Part shown: positions 42,087-55,345 of the stretch, piece by piece | Layout of the letters: every line of letters starts with the position of its first letter | How positions within the stretch are numbered: the stretch's first letter is position 1 | Assembly: GCF_009914755.1 (NCBI RefSeq) | Contig: NC_060928.1 | Length of the DNA stretch: 64,000 nucleotides | Source of the DNA: the human T2T-CHM13v2.0 reference genome, Homo sapiens | Direction: 5' to 3' (one strand) | Translations under genes and position numbers: made by a program | Notes under the pieces: model-generated | Database searches by the model: none | Seen by the model: the letters and a program-made list of their open reading frames with translations, nothing else | What the model was told of the DNA's origin: nothing

Positions 42087-42272
42087 GAAATGTGTGTGTA
42101 TATATATACATTTATAAATACATAAATATATATATGAAAATGTGTGTGTATATATATTTACATATACATTTTAAATGTATGTGTGTATTTACATATACAT
42201 TTTAAATGTATGTGTGTATATATACATTCAAAATATTTTATATATACATTTAAAATACTATATATATATATA
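42087..42272. repeat. AT/TG-rich minisatellite including two perfect 31-bp units (42155-42216)
   Basis: tatttacatatacattttaaatgtatgtgtg x2 within a (TA)/(TG) tract abutting an Alu tail. Confidence 0.85.
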
Positions 42273-42569
42273 GTTTTTCTTTTTTTTTTGAGAAGGAGTC
42301 TTGCTCTGTTGCCCAGGCTGGGGTTTAGTGGGGCAATCTCGGCTCACTGCAAACTCCACCTCCTGGGCCCAAGTGATTTTCCTGCCTCAGCCTCCCCAGT
42401 AGCTGAGATTCAGGTGCCGACCACCACGCCAAGCTAATTTTTGTATGTTAGTACAGATGGTGTTTCACCATTTTGGCCAGGCTGGTCTTGAACTCCTGAC
42501 CTCAAGAGATCGGCCCACCTCAGCCTCCCAAAGTGCTGGGATTACAGGTGTGAGCCAATGTGCCCGGTC
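42273..42569 (-). mobile_element. AluS (Sz-like)
   Basis: Full dimer in antisense, 'gaactcctgacctcaag...cccaaagtgctgggattacagg'. Confidence 0.93.
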
Positions 42570-43061
42570 TGAAATGTATATTTTTAAAATACTTTTTTTC
42601 CTGTCATGTTTTTTCTTCTCTTTTTAGGAATCTACTTATACAATTAAACTCTCTGAGATTGACCCAAGCCTTCTGAGTTAAAAAAAACAAAAACTGTATT
42701 TTCTATTCATGTTTCACTTTGGATAGTTACTATTTACCTATCTTTAATTCTTTACTCTGTTGTGTTTGCTGATAAAACTGACAAATGAATTTCCATCTTC
42801 GATATTGTGTTTTTAATTTCTATAATTTGCATTTGGCTCTTCTTTATAGTTTCAATCTCTGTGCTGAAAATCCTTATTTATTGAGGCATGTTTCCCATTT
42901 TTTCCTCTTGATCCTTTAACATATTAATTATGATCTCAAAAATGTCCTTGTCTGATCGTTCTAATAGCTGAATCATCTCTGGATCTGGTTCTGTTGTCTA
43001 ATCTCGACAAAGGTTTTTTTTTTGGTTGTTTTTCTTTTCATTTTGTGCAAAGTAGATTGTA

Positions 43062-46000
43062 TTATTTTTTAAATTGTATATTGACAAATTATAGTTGTAT
43101 ATATTTATATAAATGGTGTTATGACTTTTGAATACAATGTGGAATGATTAAACTAAGCTAATTAACATATCTATTACTTCAAATATTTAACTTCTTTTGT
43201 CATGAGAACATTAGGAATTTATTCTGTTAGTGATACGGAAAGGTACAATATTTAATTATTAGCTATATTCAGCATGCGGTACTATTGATCTAAAAAAAAT
43301 TAAACTCATTCCTCTTATCTAACTGAGACTTTGTATCCTTTGACTATCATCTCCGGATTTGTGTCTTTGACTATCATCTCCTGATTCCCCCCAACCCCCT
43401 GCCTCTGGTAACCACCATTCTACCCTCTGCTTCTATGAGTTCAGTTGTTTTAGATTTCACATATAAGTGAGAACATGCAGTATTTATCTTTCAATGTTTG
43501 GCTTATTTCACTTAGCATAATATTCTCTAATTCTACCCATGTTGTTCCAAACAACAGAATTTCTTTCTTTTTAAAGGTTGAATAGTATTTCATTTTGTAT
43601 GTATACCACACTTTCTTTATCCATTTATTCCTTTATGGACACTTAGGTTGATTCCATAATTTGGCTATTGTGAATAGTGCTGCAATGAACATGGGGATAC
43701 AGGCAGGCATCTCTTCAACACACTGATTTTTAAATCTTTCGGGTATCAGAAATTGTATTACTAAATGATGTGGTAATTCTATTTTTAGTTTTTTGAGGAA
43801 CCTCCATACCATGTTCCATGTTTGTACTAATTTGCATTCCCACCAACAGTGTACAAGGATTCCCTTTCCTCCAAATCCTTGCTAACACCTGTCTTTTGTT
43901 GCTTTCATAGTAGCCATTCTAACAGTTGTGAGGTGCTATCTCATTGTGGTTTTAATTTGCATCTCTTTAATGATTAGTGATGTTGAGCATTTTTTCATAT
44001 ATCTGAAGTCATTTGTATGTCTTCTTTTGAGAAATGTCTATTTAGGTCCTTTGCCCATTTCTTAATTGGGTAATTTGTTTTCTTTTTAGAGGGTTGTTTG
44101 AGTTTCTTATATATTTTATATATTGATCCATTATTAGATGTATGGCTTGCAGATATTTTCTCCCAATCCATAGGTTGTCTCTTCACTCTGTTAATTGTTT
44201 CCTTTGATGTGCTTTTTATTTTAATGTAATCGCATTTGTCTATCTTTGCTTTTGTTGCCTAACCTTTGGGGTCAAACCTAAAAAATAATCGCCTAGACCA
44301 ATGTTGTGTAGTTTCTCCCCTGTGTTTTTTTTTCTAGTAGTTTTACAGTTTTAGATCTTACATTTATGTCTTTAATCTATTTTGAGTTAGTTTTTCTATG
44401 TGGTGTAAAATAAGGGTCCAATTTCATTCTTTTCCCTATAGACACCCAGTTTTCCCAACACCATTTGTTGTTCCAATTGGATATTCTTGGCACCTTTGTT
44501 GAAAATCAAGAGACCACAGATGAATGTGTTCTTTTCTGGATTCTGTATAGTGTCCCATTGGCTGCTATGTCTATTTTTATGCCAGTACCATGCTGTTTTA
44601 GTTACTATTGATTTGTAGTATAGTTTGAAATCTAATAGTGTAATGCCTCCAACTATTTTCTTTTTGCAAATAATTGACTTAGTTATTTGTAATTTTTTTG
44701 AGAGGTTTCATAAGAATTTTAAAAACTTTTTCTACATCTGTGAGAAGTGACATTAAAATTTTGATAGAGTTTGCTTTGAACCTGTAGGTCACTTTGGGCA
44801 GTATGGACATTTTAACAATATTAATCCTTCCAATTCATGAACATGAGAGATATTTTTATTTATTTATGTTTTCTTGAATTTCTTTCATTAATGTTTTATA
44901 GTTTTTAGTGACAGGTCTTTCACTTCTTAGGTTAAATTTATTCCTAAGTACATTTTTTTTTGTAGCGATTGTAAATAAGACGGTTCTCCTGATTTCTTTT
45001 TCAGAAACTTCATTGTTAGTGTAGAGAAACACTACTGATTTTTGTGTCTTGATTTTGTATCCTGCAACTTTACTGAATTTATCAGTTCTAAGTATTTTTT
45101 CTTTTTTATAGAATCTTTAGGTTTTTTTTTAATATATAAGATAACATGGTCTGAAAATAGGGACAATTTAACTCTTCCGTTTTTATTTCCCTGCCTTATT
45201 GCCCTGGCTGGGAACTCCAGTACTATATTGAGTAGAAGTGGTAGAAATGGGCATCTTTGTCTTGTTCCAGGTCTTAGAGAAACAGTTTTCAACTTTTCTC
45301 CATTGAATATGATGTTAGCTATGAACTTGTCATATATGACCTTTATTGTATTGAGGTACATTTCTTCCATATCTAATTTTTTGAGAGTTTTTTTAATCAT
45401 AAAAAGATATTAAATTTTGTCAAATGCTTTTCCTGTATCTAGTGAGATAATCATATGATTTTTATCCTTCATCCTATTAATGTGACATATTACATTTATA
45501 AATTTGTGTGTGTTAAGCCATCTTTGCATCCTAGGAATTAGTCCCAATTGATTGTAGTGAATAATTCTTTTAATGTGTTGTTGAATTCAGTTTGCTAGTG
45601 TTTTGGTGACAGCTTTTGCATCTAGATTTATCAAGGATCTTGGCCTGTAGTTTTCTTTTCTTGTGATGTCCTTTTCTGGCTTTGGTGTCAGGATAATGTT
45701 GGTCTTGTAAAAGGAGTTTGGAAGTATTTCCTCTGCTCTGATTTTTTGGAACAATTTGTGGAGAATTGGTATTAGGTCTTTAAATGTTTGATAGAATTCA
45801 GCAGTGAAGCCATCAGGTCCTGAGCTGTTTTTTTTGATGGAAGACTTTATATTACAGCTTCAATCTTCTCTTGTTATTGGTCTGTTTGGATTTTTATATT
45901 TCTTTGTGATTCGGCCTTGATAAGTTGCATGTGTCTAGAAATGTATTCATTTCTTCTAGATAATCTAATTTTTTGGCACATAATTGTTCATAATAGTTTC

Positions 46001-46233
46001 TTATGATCCCTTCATTTCCATGATGTCAGTTGTAATGTCTCTTCTTTCATTTCTGATTTTGTTTATTTGAGTCTTTTCTCTTTTTTTCTTGGTTAGTCTA
46101 GCTAAAGATTTGTTGATTTTGTTTATCTTTTCAAAAAAACCCAACTCAGTTTCATTGATCTTTTTTATTGCTTTTCTAGTCTCTATTACATTTATTTCTG
46201 CTCCAGTCTTCATTATTCCATTCCTTCTGCTAA
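43062..46233 (-). mobile_element. 5'-truncated L1MA (about MA4-6), ~3.2 kb, decayed ORF2
   Basis: L1MA-type 3' UTR at ~43062-43470; ORF2 remnants in ORFs 43995-44186, 45032-45400, 46001-46243. Confidence 0.88.
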
Positions 46234-48062
46234 CATCTAACAATTACTTTTTTGTCTGGTAATTTTTTTGTTGACCGTGAAGCTTTTTTTTTTTTTTTTT
46301 TTTTAGACCAGTAGAGTCTGAAGTAAGTAGAATTAACTCCTAGAAATGGTCTCCTCTTTTTTCAGGCTGTTAATGTAGGGAAGTTGAGCCAATCTGGTTA
46401 GTAGCTGAGCTGGGCTTTTTGTTGCTAACATTACCTTTGTGCACTACAGGCTGCAGATTCTTCTAGCTCTGGGTGGCTGCTACCTTGTGCTTACTTTGGG
46501 ACCTAAAGTGCAGGAAGGTTTTTCTGTGTTCTTGCTTCACTCTCAGCTTTCAGCAGACCCTAAATATCTATGCATAAACGGGGGTTCTTTATGCTCTTGC
46601 CCCTCTCTCAGTTGCATATTGCTAGGTACAAAGCTTATGGTAGGGAAAGTGGAGATTTTCTTTGTTCCCTGGTCTCAGCCTCAGTCTTAGTTAGGCCCTA
46701 TGTTCTTGGTCCTCTGTGATGAGGGCTTTATCACCACTCCTGCCTTTCCCTGACATAGTAGCCATATCTTACCTTGCATCTGTCAAAGGTCTTGAATAGG
46801 AGAGACAGTCTTTGTTCTTCCTCAGTAGTAGAAGGTCTCTGCCTTCTATTAGTACAGTTGAATAGATTTCCTGTTGTCTGCCTACCCCAATGGGCCAATG
46901 GATTTTGCTACTAGTTCTCTCTCAGTAGCTGATGGCTTTGCCTGGGAGTGGAGGTGTACAGTTTTCTATACTCTCCTAACAGCCTCTCACTCAGACAGCT
47001 TTTGTGTCTACCATCTCCCAGAAGCAGTGGATCTTTGCCTGGGTAGGAGACTTTTCTGCTTCTCTCTCAGAGGCAAAGGCTTTTGCTTTATTTGAGAGCA
47101 GGATCAGAAATGCAGATACAGTTTCAACCCTATGGTTCACCAAGGGGGAAGAGAGGGCTGCCTCAGATCTCTTGTCATGTTCCAGTCTTTCTTGTGAGCA
47201 ACGAGTAGAGAATCATGGAAAACAACTGAAGAATGCATGTGGATTCCCCACGGGTTTGATCTGCCAAGCAGTCTGAATTGTCCTAGCACACACTTGGCTT
47301 TTGTAAAAAAGTGTTGCAGTTTTCTTCTTATCCACTTTTACGTTGGCAGATTCTTCCTTACTCTTCCAAAGATGGAACAGTTCATTATCCCATTTATTTT
47401 CAGAAGGGTTTATTGCTCTTTGGAATTTAGTTTTAGTTTGCCTGATTTATTTTGTAACTCTGTGATTTTAGCTCTGATGGGCTTAAGAAGAGTGATATTT
47501 TTGTAGATTATCTGCCTTTTTCCTTGCTGTAAGGGTAGGAGTGATGTTCTCTTGTGATGTTTTCAATCCTAAGAGGAGCAGAACTCCATGTCATATGATT
47601 TTTAGTATGTGAGTGTGGCCTAGGAGCCAGCTTTCTCAACAAACATAAAATACTAATATAAAAAAATGGAGATTCCTAAGTCTAGTTTTTAGTTTGAGTT
47701 TGTATTGACAGTTTGGAATTGATATCCAATTCTACGACCACTAAAATGAAAAGCACATCCTTTTGGTAATAAAATAATTTTGTTGTAGTAATGTTTTTCT
47801 TTAAATTAAAAAGATCTGAAACCTAGAGTGGCTTCTTTTCATGTTAATTAGGGTGAAAATCAGGAAGGATGTGATATACTGTCATTTACTTTTACTTAAC
47901 ACTTCCAATTCATTTTAATAGGATAGGAAATACTTGGAATTCAGATCAACACTTCGCTGTCTGTTTGCTGATGAACTGAAATGCTTATATGAGAACAGGG
48001 ATTTTTCCCAAATGCTTGAATTTAGTTCCCCATTTCCCATTATGTAAGAAAACATTGTTCCT

Positions 48063-48544
48063 TGTGGTAGGCTGAAAAATGGCTTTCCAAAAGACATTTA
48101 TGTCCCAGTCCCTGGAACCTGTAAATGTTACCTTTTTGGAAAAGGGTTTTTGCAGGTGTGATTGATTACTTAAGGATTTTGAGATGGAGAGATTATCCTA
48201 GATTATCTGGATGAGCCCTGAATGCGATCACAAATACCTTCGTGAGAAGAGCAGAGGGAAATTAGACACACAGAGCGGAAGGTGGATATGAAGATAAGGT
48301 AGGTACTGGAATGATGCAGTACTCCACAGGAATGCCGGCAGCCACCTGGAGCAGGAAGACAGGCAAGGAGCAGATTCTCCACTGGAGGCTCCAGAGAATG
48401 TACGGCCCTGCTGACACGCTGATTTTGGCCCAGTGAAGCAGATTCAGACTTCTGGCTTCCAGAACTGTGAGATAATAAATTTCCACTGTGTTAAGCCACC
48501 ATGTCTGTAGAAATTTCTTACAGTGACCATAGGACACTAATACA
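48063..48544 (+). mobile_element. MLT1D solo LTR
   Basis: 'tgtggtaggctgaaaaatgg...ccctggaacctgtaaatgttacc...gattttggcccagtgaag...cactaataca'. Confidence 0.85.
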
Positions 48545-48560
48545 TGTATCTTAGTCTTTA

Positions 48561-48893
<333 letters not shown>

Positions 48894-49015
48894 TTATTAT
48901 TAAAAAAATTTTGAGTACATAATAGCTGTATATATTGTCTTGACAGAAGAATTTTAATTTGTTTCAATTATCTTATTTGAAATGTCATTGAATAAAAGTC
49001 AGTTGTACAAAGTAT

Positions 49016-49024
<9 letters not shown>

Positions 49025-49046
<22 letters not shown>

Positions 49047-49339
49047 TTTTTTTTTTTTGAGACGGAGTCTCGCTCTGTCGCCCGGGCTGGCGTACAGTGG
49101 TATGATCTTGGCTCACTGCAACCTCTGCCTCCCGGGTTCAAGCAAGTCTCCTGCCTCAGCCTCCTGAATAGCTGAGACTATGGGCATGTGCCACTACACC
49201 CAGATAATTTGTATTTTTAGTAGAGATGGGGTTTTGCCATGTTGGCCAGGCTGGTCTTGAACTCCTGGCCTCAAGTGATCCACCCGCCTTGGCCCTTCAG
49301 AGTGCTGAGATTCCAGGTATGAGCCACTGAGCCCAGGTG
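49025..49339 (-). mobile_element. AluS (Sz-like) with a (TTTA)n tail
   Basis: Full dimer in antisense; TSD aagtatttatttatt at 49010-49024 and 49340-49354. Confidence 0.95.
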
Positions 49340-49879
49340 AAGTATTTATTTATTATGATTACACCCACAATTGCGAAGTTTTAAAAGTGTTAACTCAATT
49401 TACTTAAAAGCAATAAAACATTAGAGAAAATTATGCTTGGCCTGAGATGAAATACATATATTTACAGATTACTCTTATGAGTGATTTGTTGGTAGATTTT
49501 TGGATGCTTCTCATTAATCCTGACATGAATTGACACCAATGGTCATACAGTCATACATTTGGGTTCCCACCAAAATAATGACTTAAAGGGAGTCACCTAT
49601 TCATTGTTGATTTTCAGACAACTTGACACTCCTTCTGGGGTGCCCTAAGCTTCACCACCTGCACACAATTGGGTCTTGTTTACTTTCTCAGGTATCTTCC
49701 AGTCAGTTCACAAGATCCATTTATGAGAAAATAAGACAAAGTATTTGATTGTGGACTAAATAGAATGAAAATAAAAGAATAAATGGAAAGTTCTAGAAAT
49801 GTTTAACTGCCTAAGAACATGGTGTATTGATTATATTTTTCTTCTTCTAGACTTATTGTCACATATTGTATTATGTATC

Positions 49880-50120
49880 TCCACCATAATTTCTGTCCTT
49901 TTCATCCTGCTTTATAATTTTTGGTGCATAGCAGTTGTCTTCTACCATATTATACAAATAATTTTCATTATGTTTTATATTTATCTATCTCTTCTAATTC
50001 GACATAAGCTCCAAGAGGGTAGGATCTTTCTTTTTTTCAGTCTTGCTCCAAATGCCTAAAACAGTGTCTGGGGCGTACTGGGCACTCAATAAATATTTGC
50101 TTAGCGAATGAAGGAATGAC
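49880..50120 (+). mobile_element. L2 3' end
   Basis: 'gacataagctccaagagggtagga...gcctaaaacagtgtctgg...gcactcaataaatatttgc'. Confidence 0.75.
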
Positions 50121-50299
50121 TAATTCTACAGAATATAAAGACATCAATAGTTTTCTCCTGGAGAGGTGTTAGTTGTGTTAAATTCTAACCTGTTTTAAAA
50201 ATTTCAAAGATAAAAGAAAGACTTTAATGACCTAGAGTTAAAAAAATTACCCTTGCCACCATTTTTTCCTGATAAACTAAAATGCTTAAAATGACTCAA

Positions 50300-51012
50300 T
50301 TGTCTAGAGGACTCTCATGATCTGAAGTTGTCTACCTCTTTCTTTGATACTCCCTCCTACCACTCTCACCACAGCTCAGGAGGCTTCAGCCACCCCAGCC
50401 AATACACAAAGCCTTTTGCCATGTTAGGGTGTTTGCCCTTATCCATCCCCTAGCTTCTACCCCCAAATCCTTCATGGCTGGCCCTTTCATATCACTTTGC
50501 CTCAGATCAGATGTCACCTCTTCAGAGAAGACTCCCATAACCCTTGAAGCCAGTAGTTCCCAACTGGTGGTAATTTTGTCCCTCAAAGGACATTGGGAAA
50601 TATCTGGAGACAGTTTTGTTTGTCGCACCTGGGAAGGAGAGGTTTTGCTACTGGGTCTAATGGGTAAATGGGTTGGGGATGCTGCTAAACATCCTACAAT
50701 GCACACAGCAACCCCCACAACAGAGAATTATCCAGCCCAAAAAGTCAGCAGTGCCAAGATTGGGAAACTCTGCCCTGGGCTAATGCAGCCCCCACCTCTG
50801 ACACTCACTTTCTTGCCACCAGTGTTTCACTTCCTCATAGCACTTCCTGCAAGTCAAAAATACTTTATTAATTTGTTCACTTTCTTTTGTTCTCGCTACT
50901 CTACTAGAATGTAAGCTCCATGAATGCAAAAGCCTTGTCTGTCTTATTCACGTATTGTCCTCAGTGCACCTAGTAGACATCTAATTACTTATTGCCTAGA
51001 TGAATAAATAAA
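50300..51012 (+). mobile_element. L2a 3' region interrupted by MER20
   Basis: 'cagatgtcacctcttcagagaag...ctagaatgtaagctccatga...tgaataaataa'. Confidence 0.75.
50551..50772. mobile_element. MER20 hAT-Charlie element
   Basis: Termini cagtagttcccaac ... ttgggaaactctg; 'gatgctgctaaacatcctacaatgcac'. Confidence 0.9.
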
Positions 51013-51159
51013 CAATCATATACTGACCATTTTCTCTCCCCACCACATTATTGGTGTTCTCAACTGTCTTTTTGGCTACAACTTTGAGATAGTTTTACTT
51101 TTCAGCATGGCTTCTTTTCCTTATAAGTACTTTCACGAACACCTGTGGAAGTCATTATA

Positions 51160-51810
51160 CACGGTTAAACAACCACAGACTCTAAAATCAGAACATCTGG
51201 GTTCAGTCAGACTGATACGGTTTGCCTATGTCCTCACCTAAATCTCATTTCGAATTATAATCTGAATTGTAATCCCCAGGTGTTGAGGGAGGGACATGGT
51301 GGGAGGTGATTGGATCATGGAGGCGGTTTCCCCAACACTGTTCTCCTCATAGTGAGGGAGTTCTCACCAGATCTGATGGTTTTAAAAGTGGCACTTTCCC
51401 CTGTGCTCACTTGCTGTCTCCTGCCACCGTATAAGACGTACCTTGCTTCCTCTTCTTCTTTGGGCCTGATTGTAAGTTTCCTGAGGTCTCTCCAGCCATG
51501 TGGAACTGTGAGTCAATCAAACCGCTTCTCTTTATAAATTACTCAGTCTTAGGTAGTATCTTTATAGTAATATGAAAACAGACTAATACATAGACCTTTA
51601 TAATTTACTAGTTCTGTAAGAATCTATTGAAGAAGTTACTTTATTAACTCTTGGAAAAGTTGCTTTATTTTTGTGGTCCTTAGATTTCCAAATCCTTTAG
51701 AAGAGGGTAATATTAATACTTCCTCAAAGAGCTACTTTGAAGACTAAACGATAATGCACATAAAGCACCTGGCACATGAAGCACATATATATTTGTCATT
51801 ATTATTATTA
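51160..51810 (+). mobile_element. MIR split by a THE1 LTR
   Basis: 'cagactctaaaatcagaacatctgggttca' ... 'taaagcacctggcaca'. Confidence 0.55.
51213..51590 (+). mobile_element. THE1 (C/D-like) MaLR solo LTR
   Basis: tgatacggtttg...gactaataca; TSD cagac/tagac. Confidence 0.92.
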
Positions 51811-51819
51811 CTACTATTA

Positions 51820-51930
51820 TTAATTTTTATTTTATTATGGTCAAACGTATATAACATAAAATTTACCATCCCAACCATTTTACATGTACAGTTCAATGCA
51901 TTAAGTGTAATCATATTGTGCAACTGTTAT
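51820..51930 (-). mobile_element. Short L1MB 3'-end fragment
   Basis: 'ataacataaaatttaccatc...gtacagttca...attgtgcaac'. Confidence 0.65.
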
Positions 51931-52201
51931 TATTATTTTTATCCTCTGAATCTGTATTTTATTGTTTAAGCTTCCCTTTGTGCTGTGTCTCCTACTCTCA
52001 TAATAGTATTCAAGATAGATCCTACTGATGTTGGATAGAATTAGATCGACCCATGATTCTTAGATAGTATGTACCATACATTTTATTGCTCAATGCATCT
52101 GCATGCTTAAGGGTGTACATTTTCCCTATGTATTGAATAGGTTATCTGCCATGTGTTTATCTCTTCATAAGTGTTTTCCCAGTAATAGTATAGAAACCTT
52201 G

Positions 52202-52574
52202 TGCTGTGGTTTGAATGTGTCTTCCAAATTTTAGGTGTTGAATACTTAATCCCCAAATATATATGTTGATGGTATTTGGAGGTAGGGCCTTTGGGAGATA
52301 ATTAGAATTAGATAAGGCCATGAGGATAGGGCCTCCATCATGTCACTGGTGGCTTTATAAGAAGAGAAAGAGAGACCTGAGCTGGTGTGCTCTTGCCTTT
52401 TTGTCCTGTGATGCCTTCTGTCATGTTATGATGCAGTAAGAAGGCCCTCACCAGGTGCAGCTTCTTGACTTTGGACTTCCAGAATTGTAAGAATTGTAAG
52501 AATTAAATGTCTTTTTGTCATAACTTAGCCAGTCTGTGATACTGTGCTATAGCAACAGAAAACAGGATAAGACA
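52202..52574 (+). mobile_element. MST/MLT1A1-type MaLR solo LTR
   Basis: tgctgtggtttgaatgtgtc...ggctttataagaagagaaagagagacctgagc...taagaca. Confidence 0.85.
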
Positions 52575-54436
52575 TTGGCACACATTTTATTTCTGACTGT
52601 GTGCCCAATAAGCATACCCACTCTGTATGTGTGAAATCCTTGCCACCTTCAACTTGATAGTAACAAGTCACAGAAGATGAATATCTAGTTTTATAATCCT
52701 AAAATACAGGCTTAATAGCAAATCATGAAAGTAAAGATTTGATTATAGAGATTAGAAGAATAGAAATTGGGTTTTACAGTAATCGAATAACTATTAAGAA
52801 TACTTCAAATGCCTTGAAAGAATCCTTAAAATACCAAGGTTTAAAACAAGATCTAGATATGGACTGAGGGTTTTTCCCAAGGAAAAAATATCCTACTCAC
52901 TTAATTAAGCAATTTTTAAAAATTGTCATACAACTGTTTAAATACAGTCTCTTAGGTTTCTAAAATAACAAATTACGTGGGAAAATTAGTGCTAAGGGCT
53001 AAGAAGAAACAAAGGTGTTTCTCAACAATCACGTTTGGATTATTTTAAAAATGCGATTCTAATCACTCCACAATTTAGAAAAGGCTAATGGTCTATTAGT
53101 GACCTTTGCTGGAAGCTTTTCAAGAGGATAGATTTGTTGTGATAGATTTCATCTGTGAAGTGAAATTTTGCAATGTAAGTTTTATAGTCTTTATTCATGA
53201 AAACTTCTCCCAAAGTAATTGAAAGGCTAGACATCCAGTTATCTGAACCAGAGTTTTATAAATGAGTGTGTGTAGGCTAGGAAAAAATTTTTATACACGG
53301 AGTTTTGTTATAACCTCAGTACACGGATGAGGCACATTAAAAAAAAAAATCACCTCATTAGGCTGGGAGCATACAGCTTCCAAGGGGGAAATGAATAGTT
53401 TGGGGGTTCAGTAGTACAATCCAACTAACATTTTGTCCAAGGATCCATAGATAACTAGTAGTCAACCATACCTGAAACCCAGGTCATCTGAGCTGGAGAC
53501 AGTGGCTTTTTCTTTCCCTCTACCCTCTCTTACTACTCTCTAGGACCCTGGGTGCCCAGCCTTCTTTGTACAGGTTCCTGTTCCTTCCCTTCCAGCCTGC
53601 ATCTGGCTGACTTCAGCCTGCAAATGCTTCAGAACAACCTTTCTTGTGCAGCATCTTTGTGTGATGGGGGAAGCACTGAAGAAGAAGGTACCACAGTCTA
53701 CCTGCTTGGGCCTTCTGGTGATTATTTCTTCAACTCAGCTGTCTTGATCTGAGGGAGAGTTTTATGAGCTAAAAATCTGTCAGTGTTTCCATTTACCAAG
53801 TAGCTATTCAATCGTTTTATAGCCTAACCATTCCCAATTACCCTCAATTAAAACTTGGCACATATGTTGACAACCTTAGATGCAATTTTTTAATTGAAAA
53901 TTGTTGATGGCTTTTGATTGAAGTCTAAAACCAAAAGTGCACAATTCCCATGATTCAGATCTTTGGTGTGGTTCTCAGATTATTTACTGTCAGTTATGAT
54001 CACATGATACCACCACTTTCTAAAGGCCAGTAAATGTCATGGGTTGAAGGCAGGTTAAGGCTTGGGAGAAACCTTTTTCAAGTGTCGTATGGTCTATATT
54101 TTTGTTCATAGGCAGATCTGAGACTCAAGTGGCAGAGGGTTATGGGATGGGAAAATGAAGAATGGTGTGTTGTAAAAATAAGGAAGAATTAAATGACTTC
54201 AGAATGTAGAGTGGAGATGGCAAAATAAGAACTTGCATTGCTCAGCATTATTATCTGAACACTTGTTTAAGGACAGGCCCAGACCTGTAAAGAAATGTGA
54301 AGCAGGACAATTTGTTTTGAGATCCACTTTTCTTTCTCATCCCAGCCTTTTTCTGTTTCTTCCTACGCTTTTCCATCCTCTCTTGTTTTCTATCCCCAGT
54401 GATGTCATATCCACATTACTGGTATTAAGGAGTTTC

Positions 54437-54592
54437 TTTATTTTTCTTTTAATTTTACTTTAAGTTCTGGGATACATGTGCCGAACATGCAAATTTGTTA
54501 CATAGGTATACATGTGCCATGTGGTTTGCTGCACCTATCAACCTATCATCTAGGTTTTAAACCGCGCATGCATGCATTAGATATTCGTCCTA
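54437..54592 (-). mobile_element. Short L1PA (about PA8-10) 3' end
   Basis: 'actttaagttctgggatacatgtg...gctgcacctatcaacc'; TSD attaa[g/a]gagtttc at 54424-54436 and 54596-54608. Confidence 0.88.
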
Positions 54593-54962
54593 TACATTAA
54601 AGAGTTTCCTATTTTAGTTCCTTATGGAAAAAACGATTTCAAGAATATTTTTGGCATATCAGAACATAGATTCTAGAGTCTTAATACCTAAGGATAAGAC
54701 AAGCCTTGCTAAAAGTTATCACTTTTTGAAAATAAAATTATCGCTTCATTTCTTCTAGCTTCCAACACCAATAAGGGACAGTCATGAAACATATAAGCTA
54801 TGCAAAATTACCGAAGTATGTAAATTTTGCACTGAAAAATAGTATCATTGGATATATTTAAAATGCGAACTTTGTATGCACTTATAAAATTATAAAAATG
54901 GAAGCCAAGAATTAGATAAATTATTTTAAATACTTTAAGCATAGTTGTAAACATTAGGTACC

Positions 54963-55345
54963 TGATACAGTTTGAATATTTGTCCCTGCCCAAATCTCGT
55001 GTTGAAGCATTGGAGGTGGGGTCTGGTGGGAGGTGTTTGGGTCATGGAGGAGGATCCCTCATGGCTTGGTGTTGTCCTTGCTGTGGTGAGTGAGTTCTCA
55101 CAAGATCTGGTTGTGTAAAAGTGTGTGGCACCTCCCTGTTACCCTTGCTCCACTCTCACCATGAGAGACGTCTGCTCTCCCTTCACCTTCTGCCATGATT
55201 GCAAGCTTCCTGGGGCCTTCCCAGAAGCAGATGCCAGTACCATGTTTCCTGTACAGCCTGCAGAACAGTGAGCCAATTAAACCTCTTTTCTTATAAATTA
55301 CCCTGTCTCAGGTACGTTATAGCAATGCCAGAATTACCTAATACA
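54963..55345 (+). mobile_element. MSTA MaLR solo LTR
   Basis: tgatacagtttg...ggatccctcatggcttggtg...cctgtacagcctgcagaac...cctaataca. Confidence 0.9.

Larger units (their letters stand above)
40180..47590 (-). mobile_element. Old L1M (L1MC/MD-like) 5' portion, interrupted by an Alu and an L1MA
   Basis: Diverged antisense ORF2/ORF1-type sequence ('tttcttgatcagattggctagagg', 'ttaatatttcttgtggtacagg...aaattctctctgcttttg') resuming after ~46240 to an L1M 5'-end-like tract. Confidence 0.65.
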
